Below, piece after piece: positions 19,747 through 29,928 of a stretch of 64,000 bases of DNA; the first letter of the stretch is position 1, and each line of letters begins with the position of its first letter. Location of the stretch: positions 2,464,001-2,528,000 of the forward strand of contig OY730476.1 of the NCBI GenBank assembly GCA_963422735.1. Direction: 5' to 3'. Origin of the DNA: Candidatus Latescibacterota bacterium. Lineage in GTDB: Bacteria; Latescibacterota; UBA2968; UBA8231. Under the pieces are notes generated by a model. The model was not told the origin of the DNA. It did no database searches and saw only the letters and a list, made by a program, of their open reading frames with translations. The translations under genes and the position numbers were made by a program.

Positions 19747-19820
19747 ATCCACGAAGGAACGCGAAGGGCCACCAAGGTTTTCTTGAGTATTCTTAGTGTT
19801 TCTTCGTGCTCTTGGTGGAT
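19747..19820. repeat. palindromic element with three CACGAAG-like units per arm
   Basis: ATCCACGAAGGAACGCGAAGGGCCACCAAG ... CTTAGTGTTTCTTCGTGCTCTTGGTGGAT. Confidence 0.6.
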
Positions 19821-19876
19821 CGCTTCATGCTGGACGCTAGATCGAGATCGGCTATCTCAAACCGCAGCACAAGCCA

Positions 19877-20650
19877 TTGCAGACGCCGACCGCATTGCCC
19901 TTAGTCCATCTCTATCTGGGAAATATGAAGAACATGCTTAATATGAATGCGCTTTCTGCGCTCGAAGCCGACGCCGGAGTCAGAGAGCGAACCAGACTCG
20001 AATGGAACTATAACAGCAACCACATTGAGGGCAACACGCTGACCTACCGCGAGACCGAATTGCTGCTCATCCACGGTCGCACGGCTGGCGGGCATCCGAT
20101 GCGGGATTACGATGAGATGAAGGTACGCGATGTTGCGATCGACTATATGCGATCCCTTGCAGGCGAGAAACAGATTATTGGGGAGGGCGATATAAGACAA
20201 CTAAACAAAATTCTCCTCAAGGAGCCCTTCTTGAAATACGCGGGCCGGATGGCCAACCGACGCAGAAGCGCATTGTTCCGGGCCAGTACAAGACACAGCC
20301 GAGTCACGCACGGACGGTGACCGGGGAACTCCAGCGATTCGCCGAACCCGAGGAAACGCCCATTTTGATGCAGGAATGGACCCGTGATTTCCGTCGCGAC
20401 TTGGAGCGAAGTGCCTATCCTCTGCCGTTGTTCCTATGTTCCTAAGCTGAGTCGCACTGGAGTTTTCTCCGCATCCATCCATTCGACGACGGGAATGGGC
20501 GCACCGCACGGTTGCTCGCAAACTACGCTTTGCTTAGGAACAACCTGCTGCCTATCGCGATCAAGAGCGACGACCGGGACCGCTATATCGGCGGGCTCCA
20601 GAATGCCGATATAGGCCGCATGTTGCCACTCGCCCAGTTACTCGCGCGGC
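19877..20650 (+). pseudogene. second Fic family protein, multiply frameshifted
   Basis: YNSNHIEGNTLTY; IHPFDDGNGRTARLL near 20472 in a different frame. Confidence 0.8.
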
Positions 20651-20668
20651 GAAAGGGGAGTCGATCGA

Positions 20669-20854
20669 GGAACCATCACCCTCAGTACCGAACTCATTAA
20701 GACGCCTCTGCACTGCATCGAATACGTCATCATGCACGAACTCTGCCATCTGCGCGTCCACGATCACAGCCCGGCGTTCTTCCGCCTGCTCAACCGCTGT
20801 ATGCCCGATTGGGAGGTTAGGAAATCACAGCTTGATTCGGTGGTGTTGCAATAG
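20669..20854 (+). pseudogene. YgjP/DUF45 zinc metalloprotease C-terminal fragment
   Basis: Manual translation [49 protein letters not shown] (HExxH). Confidence 0.8.
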
Positions 20855-20885
20855 CGGAGCAGCAGATCTTTTGGCAGTACCCATC

Positions 20886-22622
20886 TCAGGGCTGGGCCGG
20901 CTCCAATCCCAACAGCACGATCAGGAACGAGCGCACCCAATAGGCGCTGTTCATGTAGGGGTTTTCGGCCGAGGGCCAGTTCTTCCAATAGGTCTGGTTG
21001 TGGGGGATGCGGTGGAACCACTGGAGCAGGGGAATGGCCGGCAATTCGGCCAGCCATATATCGAGAGCTTGGCGAAACAGCGGCACGAGCGCCGGATCGT
21101 CGGGCGCGGTCTGGCCCATCTGATCGACCAAGCGGTCGAAGTCTGCGTTGCGCCAGCGCCAGAAGTACTGGGCGGCCGTGCCGGTAGGCTGGACGTAGCG
21201 GCTGTGGTAGAGCCGGAGGGTGAAGTACGGATCGCGTACTGAGCCGCCGTTGCCCATGATAAAGACGCGGGCCGTGCCCTGAGTCATGCGGGTATAGGCG
21301 TCGGAAAACATGCGGAAGGAGGCGTCGAAACCCGCGCGGCGCAACTGCTCGACCAGTACGGGCGTGAAGTCTTGGAAGAGAGAGGGAAAGACGACGACGG
21401 GAATTCTCAGGCGCTCGCCGTCCCGCTGCCACATACCTTCCGCATCGGTGCTCCATCCCTTGCGCTCCATGATGGCTGCGGTCTGAGCCAGGTCGTGTTT
21501 TTCTACGGGATGTTTTTCTAGCAAGTCCTGAACTTGGTCGATATAGTGCATCAGCGGTGGGAAGTGGGGGAACGGCAACAGGGTGTACTCGCCAGCCCCC
21601 TGCCAGCCGATGGCCACGAGTTGTTCTCGGTCAATGGCGTAGTTTACAGCCCAGCGAATGTCCGGGTCGTCGAAAGGTGGCTCTAGATTGTTAAAGCCGA
21701 GGACCGGCGGCCACCAGTCCCGATAGCCGTAGGGCAGTTGGCGGCCCGACCACGTGGTGACGTTGGGGTTTTGGTCGAGGAGGGTCTTGATGTTGGAGGG
21801 CCGCAAGTCAATGCATTGATCCATCTGGTTGGCGAGGATGAGTTGGACCCACTTGTTCTCGTCGCCTTGGGGCAGGTAGATGATGCGCTCGACCCGGGGC
21901 AGGGGCTGAAAGCCGATTTGGGCGGCCCACCAGTCTGTGCGCAGATCCCAAAGCCGCTGCTGAGGTTCGGAGAGGGCGAGGCGGTAGGGGCCGCTAACGA
22001 CCGGCAGGCCGCGGCCCAAGTCGAGGTTTTTGAACGAGGTCGGATCCTCGCCTCCCCAGATGTGCTTGGGCACGATGTGGATGCCGTTGCCGAAGTTGTA
22101 GGTAAAATAAGAAAACACAAAGCGGGGGTTGGGCGCTTTGAGCACGAACCGCGCCGTCAGCGAATCCGGGACTTCGACCTCGGCAACCCAAGTGTCCATG
22201 TCGGTGGAAAAGGCCAGCTCCGGGGCGTGGGCCTTGAGCATGTCAACTGTAAACTTGAGGTCGTGGGCGGTCCAAGGCCGCCCGTCGCTCCACGTCACCC
22301 CTTTGCGGATGTGGATCGTCACTTCCGTGTAGTCTGCGTTGTATTCGTGGCTTTCGGCAATCCAGGGTATGACGTGGTCTTTTTTTACGTACGCGTTGTA
22401 GAAGTAGAGCGGCTCAAACAGATAGTCGAAGCCCGGAGATTGGGTGCCGACGATAAAGGGATTAAACGAATCGTAGTCCCGCATCTGCGGCAGGCCGAGG
22501 ATGAGGGTGCGGTTGCGGGGGACGTGTTTTATGGCCCCCTCGTCGGAGCCACAGGCGGCGAGCGCCAAGCCGCCGAGTAAGCCCAAGGCGGCGAGTTTTG
22601 TTTTTTGGAGGAATTTTCTCAT
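20886..22622 (-). CDS. ABC transporter substrate-binding lipoprotein, family 5
   Basis: Lipobox LAAC; IRKGVTWSDGRPWTAHDLKFT; PPFDDPDIRWAVNYAIDRE. Confidence 0.9.
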   Translation of the reverse strand: MRKFLQKTKLAALGLLGGLALAACGSDEGAIKHVPRNRTLILGLPQMRDYDSFNPFIVGTQSPGFDYLFEPLYFYNAYVKKDHVIPWIAESHEYNADYTEVTIHIRKGVTWSDGRPWTAHDLKFTVDMLKAHAPELAFSTDMDTWVAEVEVPDSLTARFVLKAPNPRFVFSYFTYNFGNGIHIVPKHIWGGEDPTSFKNLDLGRGLPVVSGPYRLALSEPQQRLWDLRTDWWAAQIGFQPLPRVERIIYLPQGDENKWVQLILANQMDQCIDLRPSNIKTLLDQNPNVTTWSGRQLPYGYRDWWPPVLGFNNLEPPFDDPDIRWAVNYAIDREQLVAIGWQGAGEYTLLPFPHFPPLMHYIDQVQDLLEKHPVEKHDLAQTAAIMERKGWSTDAEGMWQRDGERLRIPVVVFPSLFQDFTPVLVEQLRRAGFDASFRMFSDAYTRMTQGTARVFIMGNGGSVRDPYFTLRLYHSRYVQPTGTAAQYFWRWRNADFDRLVDQMGQTAPDDPALVPLFRQALDIWLAELPAIPLLQWFHRIPHNQTYWKNWPSAENPYMNSAYWVRSFLIVLLGLEPAQP

Positions 22623-22689
22623 ACTTGTCTCGCTGATGTGTGCGCTTGCAAAAGGTGCGCAACATCCGAATAATAGAGGAACGACCTAT

Positions 22690-23828
22690 ATGGCGATGAT
22701 AAGGCTCTTTTTGCTTATGGCAGCACTACACGGCGCGAATGTAGCCCCAGCGGAAACCGAGGTCAAAGGCCGGCCAGCCTTGGTGCTCAACGGCGAGGCG
22801 GCCCAAGTCGTCGTCGATTTGCTGGGCGGCTCGATTGCGGATTTCCACTTGCAGGACCAAGGCATCAATCCGCTTTCATGGGGGCGGGAAGAATTCGCAG
22901 CAGGGCCGAGTGCAATGGGGCATTTCCTCTGCTTAGACCGCTGGGCGTCGGTCTCGGAGGCCGAGGCCGAAAGCGGCATGCCCGTGCGGTGGCGGGTCGT
23001 GCGCGGTCCCGAGGAGAAGGACGGCTTTATCGAGGCCGAGATGGCCGCTATTTGCCGCTGGCCGGCTTTGCGGTGAGGCGTTGGCTGCGGCTGGCCAAGG
23101 ACCGCGCCTTGCTCACCGTGCGCGAAGAGGTCGAAAACACCGGTGCGCTTGGACGCATGTATAATGTGGTACAGCACCCTACTATTGGCCCGCCCTTTCT
23201 CGACGAGACTACGGTAGTTGACGCCAACGCCCGCAAGGGCTACATGGTCTATAGCCCCATGCCCAACCCCGAAGAGCCGGCGGTGTTTTGGCCCGAGGCG
23301 CACAAATTGGCGAGCGGGGCCGAGGTTGATATGCGCTACTTGGGCGGCGACGACGACCCGACCAACGCGGGCTACAGCTTCGACGGCGACGACGGCTGGG
23401 TCGCGGCCAGCACAGCGAGCAAGGGCCTGCTCATCGGCTATGTCTGGAAAACGGCCGAGTATCCCTGGCTCAATATCTGGCGCAACTCAGCCGAGGGAAA
23501 GCCAGTCGCCCGGGGGCTCGAATTCGGCACTACGAGTCTGCCCTTACCTCCGGCGGCCCCAGCGGCCAAGGGGAAAATCTTCGGTATCCCGCTTTTTGAA
23601 TTTCTCGACGCCGGCCAGATTATCGCCAAAGTCTATGCGGCCTTTCTCTTTGAGATCTCGCCCGACTATGCAGGGACCGAACAGGTGGCACTGCTAGACG
23701 GTCGGCTGGTCGTGCGCCCGCGCGGCACCACGGGCGATCGCGCCAAAGCTATAGAGGCTGCAGCAGACGCTGTTGAACGCACGAATGCAGACTTAGTGAT
23801 GGAAGTTGATGCGCTATTTATCGAGTAG
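22690..23828 (+). pseudogene. exported aldose-1-epimerase/mutarotase-like protein, frameshift near 23050
   Basis: VDLLGGSI...MGHFLCLDRW in one frame, YNVVQHPTIG...ARGLEFGT in another. Confidence 0.6.
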
Positions 23829-23831
23829 GTT

Positions 23832-24662
23832 TTGGGGGCACTGGCCCTGTTGTTGGCGGGGTGCAGCGAGGACGGGGTCATCGTCGCTCGGGTCGGCGAG
23901 GTGAAAATTGAGCAGGCGGAGTTCGCGGCCTTTGTTGAGCGCCTGCCGCCGGGGTTGCACAGCCCCAAGGGGGGACGTGCAGCCGACCGGGAGCACTTGC
24001 AGTCGATGATCGACGAGGAGCTGATGTTCGCCGAGGCGCGTGCGCTCGGGATCGACACCAGCTTGGCGGTTGCACACCAGCTCGGCGAAATGGTGCGGCA
24101 GCGCCTCGTGGAGCGCTACCGCGCCCAAGGCATTGTGCCGCAGGTGGAGGTCACTGCCGAAGATGTCGAGCGCGCATTCGCGGAGATGGGGTTTGATCGC
24201 GAGCGGCTCTTCAGTCGCATCTTGGTGCGCACCCGCGAGGAGTTGGAGGCGGTCGGGCGCGACCTGCGCGAGAGCCAGCCCTTTGAGAAAGTAGCCGCGC
24301 GCTTTGCCACCAACGACCTCTTCGCCTCGCAAGGAGACGGCGTGGTCGGCTGGATCGGGCGCACACAAGCCGCACGGCGTTTCTCCATTCCGCCCGCCGT
24401 CTTTGCAGGTTTGCCCGTCGGGCAGGTAGCTGAGCCGGTCGCGCTGGCTGGCGGCTATCAGGTATTCCGCGTCGGCCTGACGCTGGGTTGGGCATTGGCC
24501 GAGGCCCAGTCGGGTTATCAGATCGCCGGCGACGAAGTCGTAGTCGAGCGGGCCAGCCACTGGCAGCAGTGGTCCATTCCCCCCATCTGGCGCGCATCCA
24601 CGAGGACGGCTCGGTTCGGGCGCATGCGCTGGGGACGGATTAAGTCTCAATACCAGCAATAA
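23832..24662 (+). pseudogene. chimeric relic: PpiC-type foldase lipoprotein + start of an exported protein + WGRIK tail
   Basis: LAGC lipobox, SRILV...FEKVA...VGWI...GYQVFRV, then GLTLGWALAEAQSGYQIAGDEVVVERASHWQQWSIP, then WGRIKSQYQQ-stop. Confidence 0.7.
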
Positions 24663-24684
24663 CACCCGGTTCCGCACCTCTTCC

Positions 24685-24720
24685 AAAGCCCGCTTGCCCC
24701 GGTGGCAGGCGGGCTTTTTT
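24685..24720. terminator. intrinsic terminator, probably bidirectional
   Basis: AAAGCCCGCTTGCC-CCGGT-GGCAGGCGGGCTTTTTT between convergent genes. Confidence 0.85.
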
Positions 24721-24725
24721 ACGTC

Positions 24726-25460
24726 TTATAGCCCGAGCAGGCCCCGAGCGTTCTCCCCGAGAATGAGGCGCTTGGCGTCGTCGTCAATGGCTGCGGTGAT
24801 GATCTTGCCGAGCTGCGGGCGGGGGTCCATCAGAGGCGTATCCGAGCCGAAGAGGACGCGGTTGGCCCCGGCCTTGGCCACGAGCTCTTCGACGACGCCC
24901 GGAGTGCGGAAGGTCGAACAGGTTTCGAGGAAGTAGTTGGGCAAGCACCCGGCCGCGGCAATGGCTTGGCTGCGATACGGCTCGATGTTGCCAGAGTGGC
25001 CGGCGACGAAGCGGGCGTTGGGGAAGCGCCCGGCCGCACGGCCTAGCTGGGCGGGAGCGGCCGTGGCCTCGCCGCCCGTGTGGGCCAAGACCGCGAGGCC
25101 GCGCTCATCGGCAAAGCCGTAGATTGGATCCCAAGCTGGGTCGTCGAGCGGAAAGGGCGTATAGGGCGAGTAGATTTTAATCGCCCGGAACCCGAGCTCG
25201 TCTATGGCTCTTTCCAACTCGGGCCGCACGGTGTCGGGAAAGGTGGGGGCCACGTAAGCGAAGCCAATGAAGCGATCGGGGTGGCGGGCGACAAAAGCCG
25301 CCGTCTGGTCGTTGCCGGGTTTGCCATCGGGATGGAAGATGTTAAAGACGCAGCTTTTGCCGATCCCCACCGCATCCATGGCGCGCAGCATCTCGACCGG
25401 GTCATCGACCATGTCGAGAGCATCCCAGCGGCCTACGTGGCCGTGAAAGTCGATGATCAC
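24726..25460 (-). CDS. amidohydrolase family protein (Amidohydro_2)
   Basis: IIDFHGH, VLAH, VAGH, VLFGSDTP. Confidence 0.9.
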   Translation of the reverse strand: MIIDFHGHVGRWDALDMVDDPVEMLRAMDAVGIGKSCVFNIFHPDGKPGNDQTAAFVARHPDRFIGFAYVAPTFPDTVRPELERAIDELGFRAIKIYSPYTPFPLDDPAWDPIYGFADERGLAVLAHTGGEATAAPAQLGRAAGRFPNARFVAGHSGNIEPYRSQAIAAAGCLPNYFLETCSTFRTPGVVEELVAKAGANRVLFGSDTPLMDPRPQLGKIITAAIDDDAKRLILGENARGLLGL

Positions 25461-26206
25461 GCAGCCCTTCCGAGAATGCGCTCTATATTGCCCGCAGTCA
25501 AAGCCGCGAGCGCGGCGTCGTCAATAGCTAGGTGGTGCAGGTAAAAGAGCATCGGTCCCATGGCATAGCGCGGATAATAAGAGCCGTAGAGGAAGCGCTC
25601 CACGCCAAATTCGCCGATCAGAGCCTCGATACCGCCCAGATTCTCAAAGCGGCTTAGCTCCATTGCCGCTTGGGGCAGTGCCCTGAGCAGGGGGCGCAAG
25701 GCGAGGGAATGCACGTAGTGAGCGCCGAGGAGTACTACCTGCAAATCCGGGAAGCGGCGCAAGGTCTCCATAACCTCGGCGACTGGAGTGTCGGCTAGCG
25801 AGAGCCACAGAGGGATGCGCTCGGCCGCCAGCCAAGCGAGCAACTCGCCGTAGATCCAGTCGGCAAAGGGAACGCGGCACGCCTCGGTGTTGTGCAGGCG
25901 GACGCTGCGGACCTCGCCCGCGGCGTGGAGCGCACTCAGTTGCGCCAAAGAATCCGCGCTCGGCCCGGCGACCCATTGAGGGACGAGCCCGTCGCCTTGC
26001 CAAGCACGCAGGGCCTCGTTGGCCTCAATCGCGCTGATGGCTTCGCCTTGGAGGTGATAAATTAAGCCGCGCACCACGCCGTGGCGCTGCATTTCCGCCC
26101 GCAGTTCAGCCACATTGGCAAACGGCGAGGGCCGGTCGTGGCAGTGGCCGACGCCGATGTTGGCGTCGAAGACCGGGACGCGGGCGCGGAAGTTGAAAGT
26201 CGTCAT
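25457..26206 (-). CDS. amidohydrolase-fold protein lacking canonical metal ligands
   Basis: Start MTTFNF; FDANIGVG instead of HxH, FLYGSYYP instead of GSD. Confidence 0.75.
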   Translation of the reverse strand: MTTFNFRARVPVFDANIGVGHCHDRPSPFANVAELRAEMQRHGVVRGLIYHLQGEAISAIEANEALRAWQGDGLVPQWVAGPSADSLAQLSALHAAGEVRSVRLHNTEACRVPFADWIYGELLAWLAAERIPLWLSLADTPVAEVMETLRRFPDLQVVLLGAHYVHSLALRPLLRALPQAAMELSRFENLGGIEALIGEFGVERFLYGSYYPRYAMGPMLFYLHHLAIDDAALAALTAGNIERILGRAA

Positions 26207-26745
26207 GCTAGCGCCTGATACTTCTCGTCGAGGTCGGTCGCAATGCCCTTGTGGATACCATGGAATACCCGCTGGTAGTCGCCCCTTCTTTGCGCCTCTA
26301 CGTCCATCCAGAAGCCTGGGAGGCCCGCGCTGCGAATGAAGCCATCTGCGCTTGGCGCGACCTCCTGATAGCGGCCATCGGCCAACCGGAACCAAGTCGT
26401 GTTTCCCGCGCTGCCGCCGGAGGCGATGTACTCGATGACGCCGGCTTCCGCCAACAGTTCTTGCGACTTTTCCATTAGGTCGGAGGACTGCTCGGCGTGT
26501 GGGAAAATCTCTGCTACGAGGCTCGGTGGGCCGCGATAGATGTCGCGGTTGCGCCGGGTATTTACGGTGAGGCCGCAGACGGCCATGATCTGAGGGTAGA
26601 TGACGACCCCTGGCAAGATCTCGGACCCGGTCTGCACGACCACATCTAGGCGAAACGCCTTGCAGTGGATGCGATAGTAGTTGATCGGTGTGAGCAGATC
26701 CGCCCACCCTCGCCCTACGTCCACAGTGAATCTCCTATTCCACAT
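26203..26745 (-). CDS. Uma2/DUF820 family endonuclease-like protein, divergent
   Basis: GPPSLVAEI...AGVIEY...WFRLADGRY...IRSAGLPGFWMD. Confidence 0.7.
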   Translation of the reverse strand: MWNRRFTVDVGRGWADLLTPINYYRIHCKAFRLDVVVQTGSEILPGVVIYPQIMAVCGLTVNTRRNRDIYRGPPSLVAEIFPHAEQSSDLMEKSQELLAEAGVIEYIASGGSAGNTTWFRLADGRYQEVAPSADGFIRSAGLPGFWMDVEAQRRGDYQRVFHGIHKGIATDLDEKYQALA

Positions 26746-26828
26746 GGCTGTCCCTTCGGTTGAACTTACCTATACAAATGTTCAAGCAAAAGAAGGGCAC
26801 TGTCAACCTCTTGGGACTCAGCGCGGGG

Positions 26829-27662
26829 CTAGGAGATGTTTTCGCGCGTCTTGACGATGTCTTTGTATTCGTAGTACGGGGCCAATTCGAGTAGGTCAAT
26901 CGTCTCGGGGTCGAGCCGCTGGCGAATGGCGTTTGGAAAGGGGCGGCGCTGGCCGGTGAGCATGTGCTGGACATTGTAGCGCAGGATGAGGAAGCGACGG
27001 TCGCGGTCGCGGGGCTGCCAAGTGAGCGCGCCGTGCATGAGATGCTCGGGCATGATGACCACGTCGCCGGCGCGAGGGCAGACATTGTGTACGCCCGGGG
27101 GCACGGTGTCGGCGACATAGTCCTCGTCTCCTTCGGCACCGGGGTAAAACATCCCTTGGGGTCGGTCGAAGTGGCCCTTGTGCGAGCCGGGCACGACGAT
27201 GAGGCCGCCGTCGCCGGGCAATACATCGCTCAAGTAAAAAAAGAAAATGAAGTCCGTGCAGCGGACCTTGCCGTCTTCGATGTAATAGCGCCGCACATCG
27301 GGCCGTTTGGACGGCTGCCACCCGGCGTGCAGGCGGTGGAAGCGATGGCCGTGGCGGTTGTAGCCCAAGGTGCCGCCGTTGAAGCGCGGCCGGCGATCGG
27401 TGAGTTCCATGAGGATCGGCCAAGTCGAAGGATGCCGGGTGAGCACTTCGAGGCTTTTGTCAAAGGCAAAGCCGTGCTGATAGCCCGTCAGGTCGCGGCG
27501 TGCGAGGTCCGCGCCGAATTCGGGCGGCCACTCTTCGGGCGGCATGTTGATGTAGCGATCGGCTGCCGCTTGGGCCGGCGCAAGCTCCTCTGGGCTGAGT
27601 ACGTCGCGCAAGTGAAGGTAGCCGGTCAAATCGAAGAAGTAGCGTTGGTTGGGCGTCATCAT
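26829..27662 (-). CDS. phytanoyl-CoA dioxygenase (PhyH) family protein
   Basis: RYFFDLTGYLHLRDVL, GGLIVVPGSHK, AGDVVIMPEHLMHG. Confidence 0.85.
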   Translation of the reverse strand: MMTPNQRYFFDLTGYLHLRDVLSPEELAPAQAAADRYINMPPEEWPPEFGADLARRDLTGYQHGFAFDKSLEVLTRHPSTWPILMELTDRRPRFNGGTLGYNRHGHRFHRLHAGWQPSKRPDVRRYYIEDGKVRCTDFIFFFYLSDVLPGDGGLIVVPGSHKGHFDRPQGMFYPGAEGDEDYVADTVPPGVHNVCPRAGDVVIMPEHLMHGALTWQPRDRDRRFLILRYNVQHMLTGQRRPFPNAIRQRLDPETIDLLELAPYYEYKDIVKTRENIS

Positions 27663-27725
27663 GGGGTTGGGCCTTTGTTGGGGACGGGTAAGATAGCCGT
27701 TTCAACGACACCTTTCAAGCGCACC

Positions 27726-28657
27726 TCAGTGGAACACAATCCCGCCCAGATAATTGTTTTGCATACCGGTTACATAGTCGATGAACACCCGCGTCCCGGC
27801 CACTACGGCCTCGCCCAGAACCAGCCCCAGAAAGAAGGGTTTGAGGCGGTTCAACAGCGTCAGTCCGCCATATTTGAGCACCGTGCTCTTGATGAGCCAA
27901 GCGACAAACACAGCTAAACCACATCTTGCCGAAGACGCAGCTAATCGGGAATCCGAGAGAGTGGAAGGGCCATCACAGGAACCGGTACTCGAGCCGCTGG
28001 CGGCCGTGGTCGGCGATCATGGCCAACGGGAGTTGGATCATGGGATAGGCCAGACGCTCGTGTTCTACCCATTGTCGGCGCACGATCACCATTAGGCAGA
28101 GACCGAAGGCCAAGCCAAAGATGGCCCAGTAGAGCAGTGGTGCTGCCCAGATCGCCCACGGCACGGCCCCAGTGGGGCCGCCCTCGTAAAAGCCCCAGAT
28201 CGGCTTTGGGGCACCGGCCAATCGGGCATATAGGGCTGGACGATCTCGGCCCAGCCGTTTTCCGGCGTGGCGTAATAATAGGCCCCAGTGATTACTGGCA
28301 GGAGTTGCGCGGGCAGGCCGCGGCTCGACAGGGTATTGGCCAGCAGGATCAAGCCAGTTCGCCGCGCTGCAAGGGCAGGCGCGGATGCAGCAGCTTTAAG
28401 AGTGGGTTTAAGAGAGCGACTAGCACAAAAAAGAAAAATATCGCCGCGGGGGTCAGGTTCCATACCACCAGCCCAGAGCCTTTGACGATCATGTCGTTGT
28501 AGGTTGAGCCGAGGCCGATGCAAAGGGCACCGAGTAGCCCGACGATCAGCACCTTGGGCGTACATCCCTTTATCGCTGGTGGAGAACGCTTTTCCTCTCG
28601 CGTTTTGCCTTCCTCTTGACAGTGCCTGTAGCCGTGTACGACCTTCCGCATACACAA
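27726..28657 (-). pseudogene. third DUF6785-like transporter paralog, internally deleted and frameshifted
   Basis: Fragments YYATPENGW, VRRQWVEHERLAYP, WPFHSLG, KYGG...KPFFLGLVLG across several frames. Confidence 0.8.
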
Positions 28658-28671
28658 TAGGAGGCCCTATT

Positions 28672-29928
28672 ATGGAAAAAGTACCGCTTTGCGTCGTCGG
28701 CTGCGGCGGCATGGGCCATCGCCACATCATGGCCTACAAGGTGTTGGAAGATAGCGGCGTCGGCAACGTCGAATTGATGGCCGTCTGCGATGTGCGCCGG
28801 GAGAGTGCCGAGTTCGCCGCCCGCGAAGTGCAGCGGCTGTTCGGGCGCGAGCCGCTGATCTTTACGGATATGGACTCGATGCTCAAGCGCGATGATATCC
28901 TGGCCATCGATGTGGTTACCGACGGCTCAACGCACCACCGGGTGGCCGTGCCGGCCCTCTTGGCCGGCAAGCACGCGCTGGTGGAAAAGCCCCTCGGCAT
29001 TACCATGCGCGCCTGCCAAGCCATGATCGACGCAGCCCGCACCGGCGGTGCCGTGCTGGCCACCGCCGAAAACTACCGCCGCGACCCGCCCAACCGCTTG
29101 GCGCGGGCCATCGTCGAGTCCGGCCTGCTCGGAGATCCCTTTTTGATGATACAGGCATCGGCCGGCGGCAGCGACAGCATAACCATCACGCCTTGGCGCC
29201 ATCTAAAGGAAAAGGGGGCCATTGGCTTGGACATGGGCGTTCACTACGGCGATATCATCCAATACTACATGGGGGACTACGCGCATGTCTTCGGCGGTGG
29301 CTTCATCGTCGAGCCGGTGCGGCGCAGGCCAGAAGGCTACGACGATCACCCCCTCGAATCCTACCGCGAGCGGGCCAAGACCTATCCCGATACCGTAGAG
29401 GCCACGGGCGAGGATTCAGTCGTCGCACTGTACAGGATGCGGTCCGGTGCGTTGGCGCAGCTCGTGCTGGTGGCGGGTCGCGGCGGTCGGGGAAGGGAGC
29501 GCAGCGTCCACGGCCGCTGGGGCGCACTCTATTCTCCCGGCGACCGCAATGGTCGGCCCGTGGTGCTGCGCTTGGAAGGCAAGGAGCTAAAAGGCCGCGA
29601 AATCCTCTCGCTTCTGCCGGATTTTCACCTCGACGAGATCACCGAACGCCTCTTCGGTGTCGGCGGCGTAGAATACGATCACTCCGCAGCATCCTTCTAC
29701 GAAATCGACTCCCGGCACTTAGCCATCGAGTACCACGACTTTGGCCAAGCCATACTCACCGGCGGCCAACCCGAAGTGGATGGCCTAGGCGGGATGCAGG
29801 CCGTCGCGGCGATTGTGGGAGCCTATGAGTCGGCACTCGCCGGGCGTTCGCTGTCTATGGAGGAGATTCTGAGCGGCACCGTGCGGGCCTATCAGCAAGA
29901 CATTGACGAGGCACTTGGGTTGGACTAA
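28672..29928 (+). CDS. Gfo/Idh/MocA family oxidoreductase
   Basis: VVGCGGMG, GKHALVEKP, LDMGVHYGD; RBS AGGAGG. Confidence 0.9.
   Translation: MEKVPLCVVGCGGMGHRHIMAYKVLEDSGVGNVELMAVCDVRRESAEFAAREVQRLFGREPLIFTDMDSMLKRDDILAIDVVTDGSTHHRVAVPALLAGKHALVEKPLGITMRACQAMIDAARTGGAVLATAENYRRDPPNRLARAIVESGLLGDPFLMIQASAGGSDSITITPWRHLKEKGAIGLDMGVHYGDIIQYYMGDYAHVFGGGFIVEPVRRRPEGYDDHPLESYRERAKTYPDTVEATGEDSVVALYRMRSGALAQLVLVAGRGGRGRERSVHGRWGALYSPGDRNGRPVVLRLEGKELKGREILSLLPDFHLDEITERLFGVGGVEYDHSAASFYEIDSRHLAIEYHDFGQAILTGGQPEVDGLGGMQAVAAIVGAYESALAGRSLSMEEILSGTVRAYQQDIDEALGLD

Noticed and set aside
25457-26707. 416-aa ORF as one protein
   Set aside because: The first 167 codons overlap the Uma2-like gene in another frame; the amidohydrolase fold starts at 26206.
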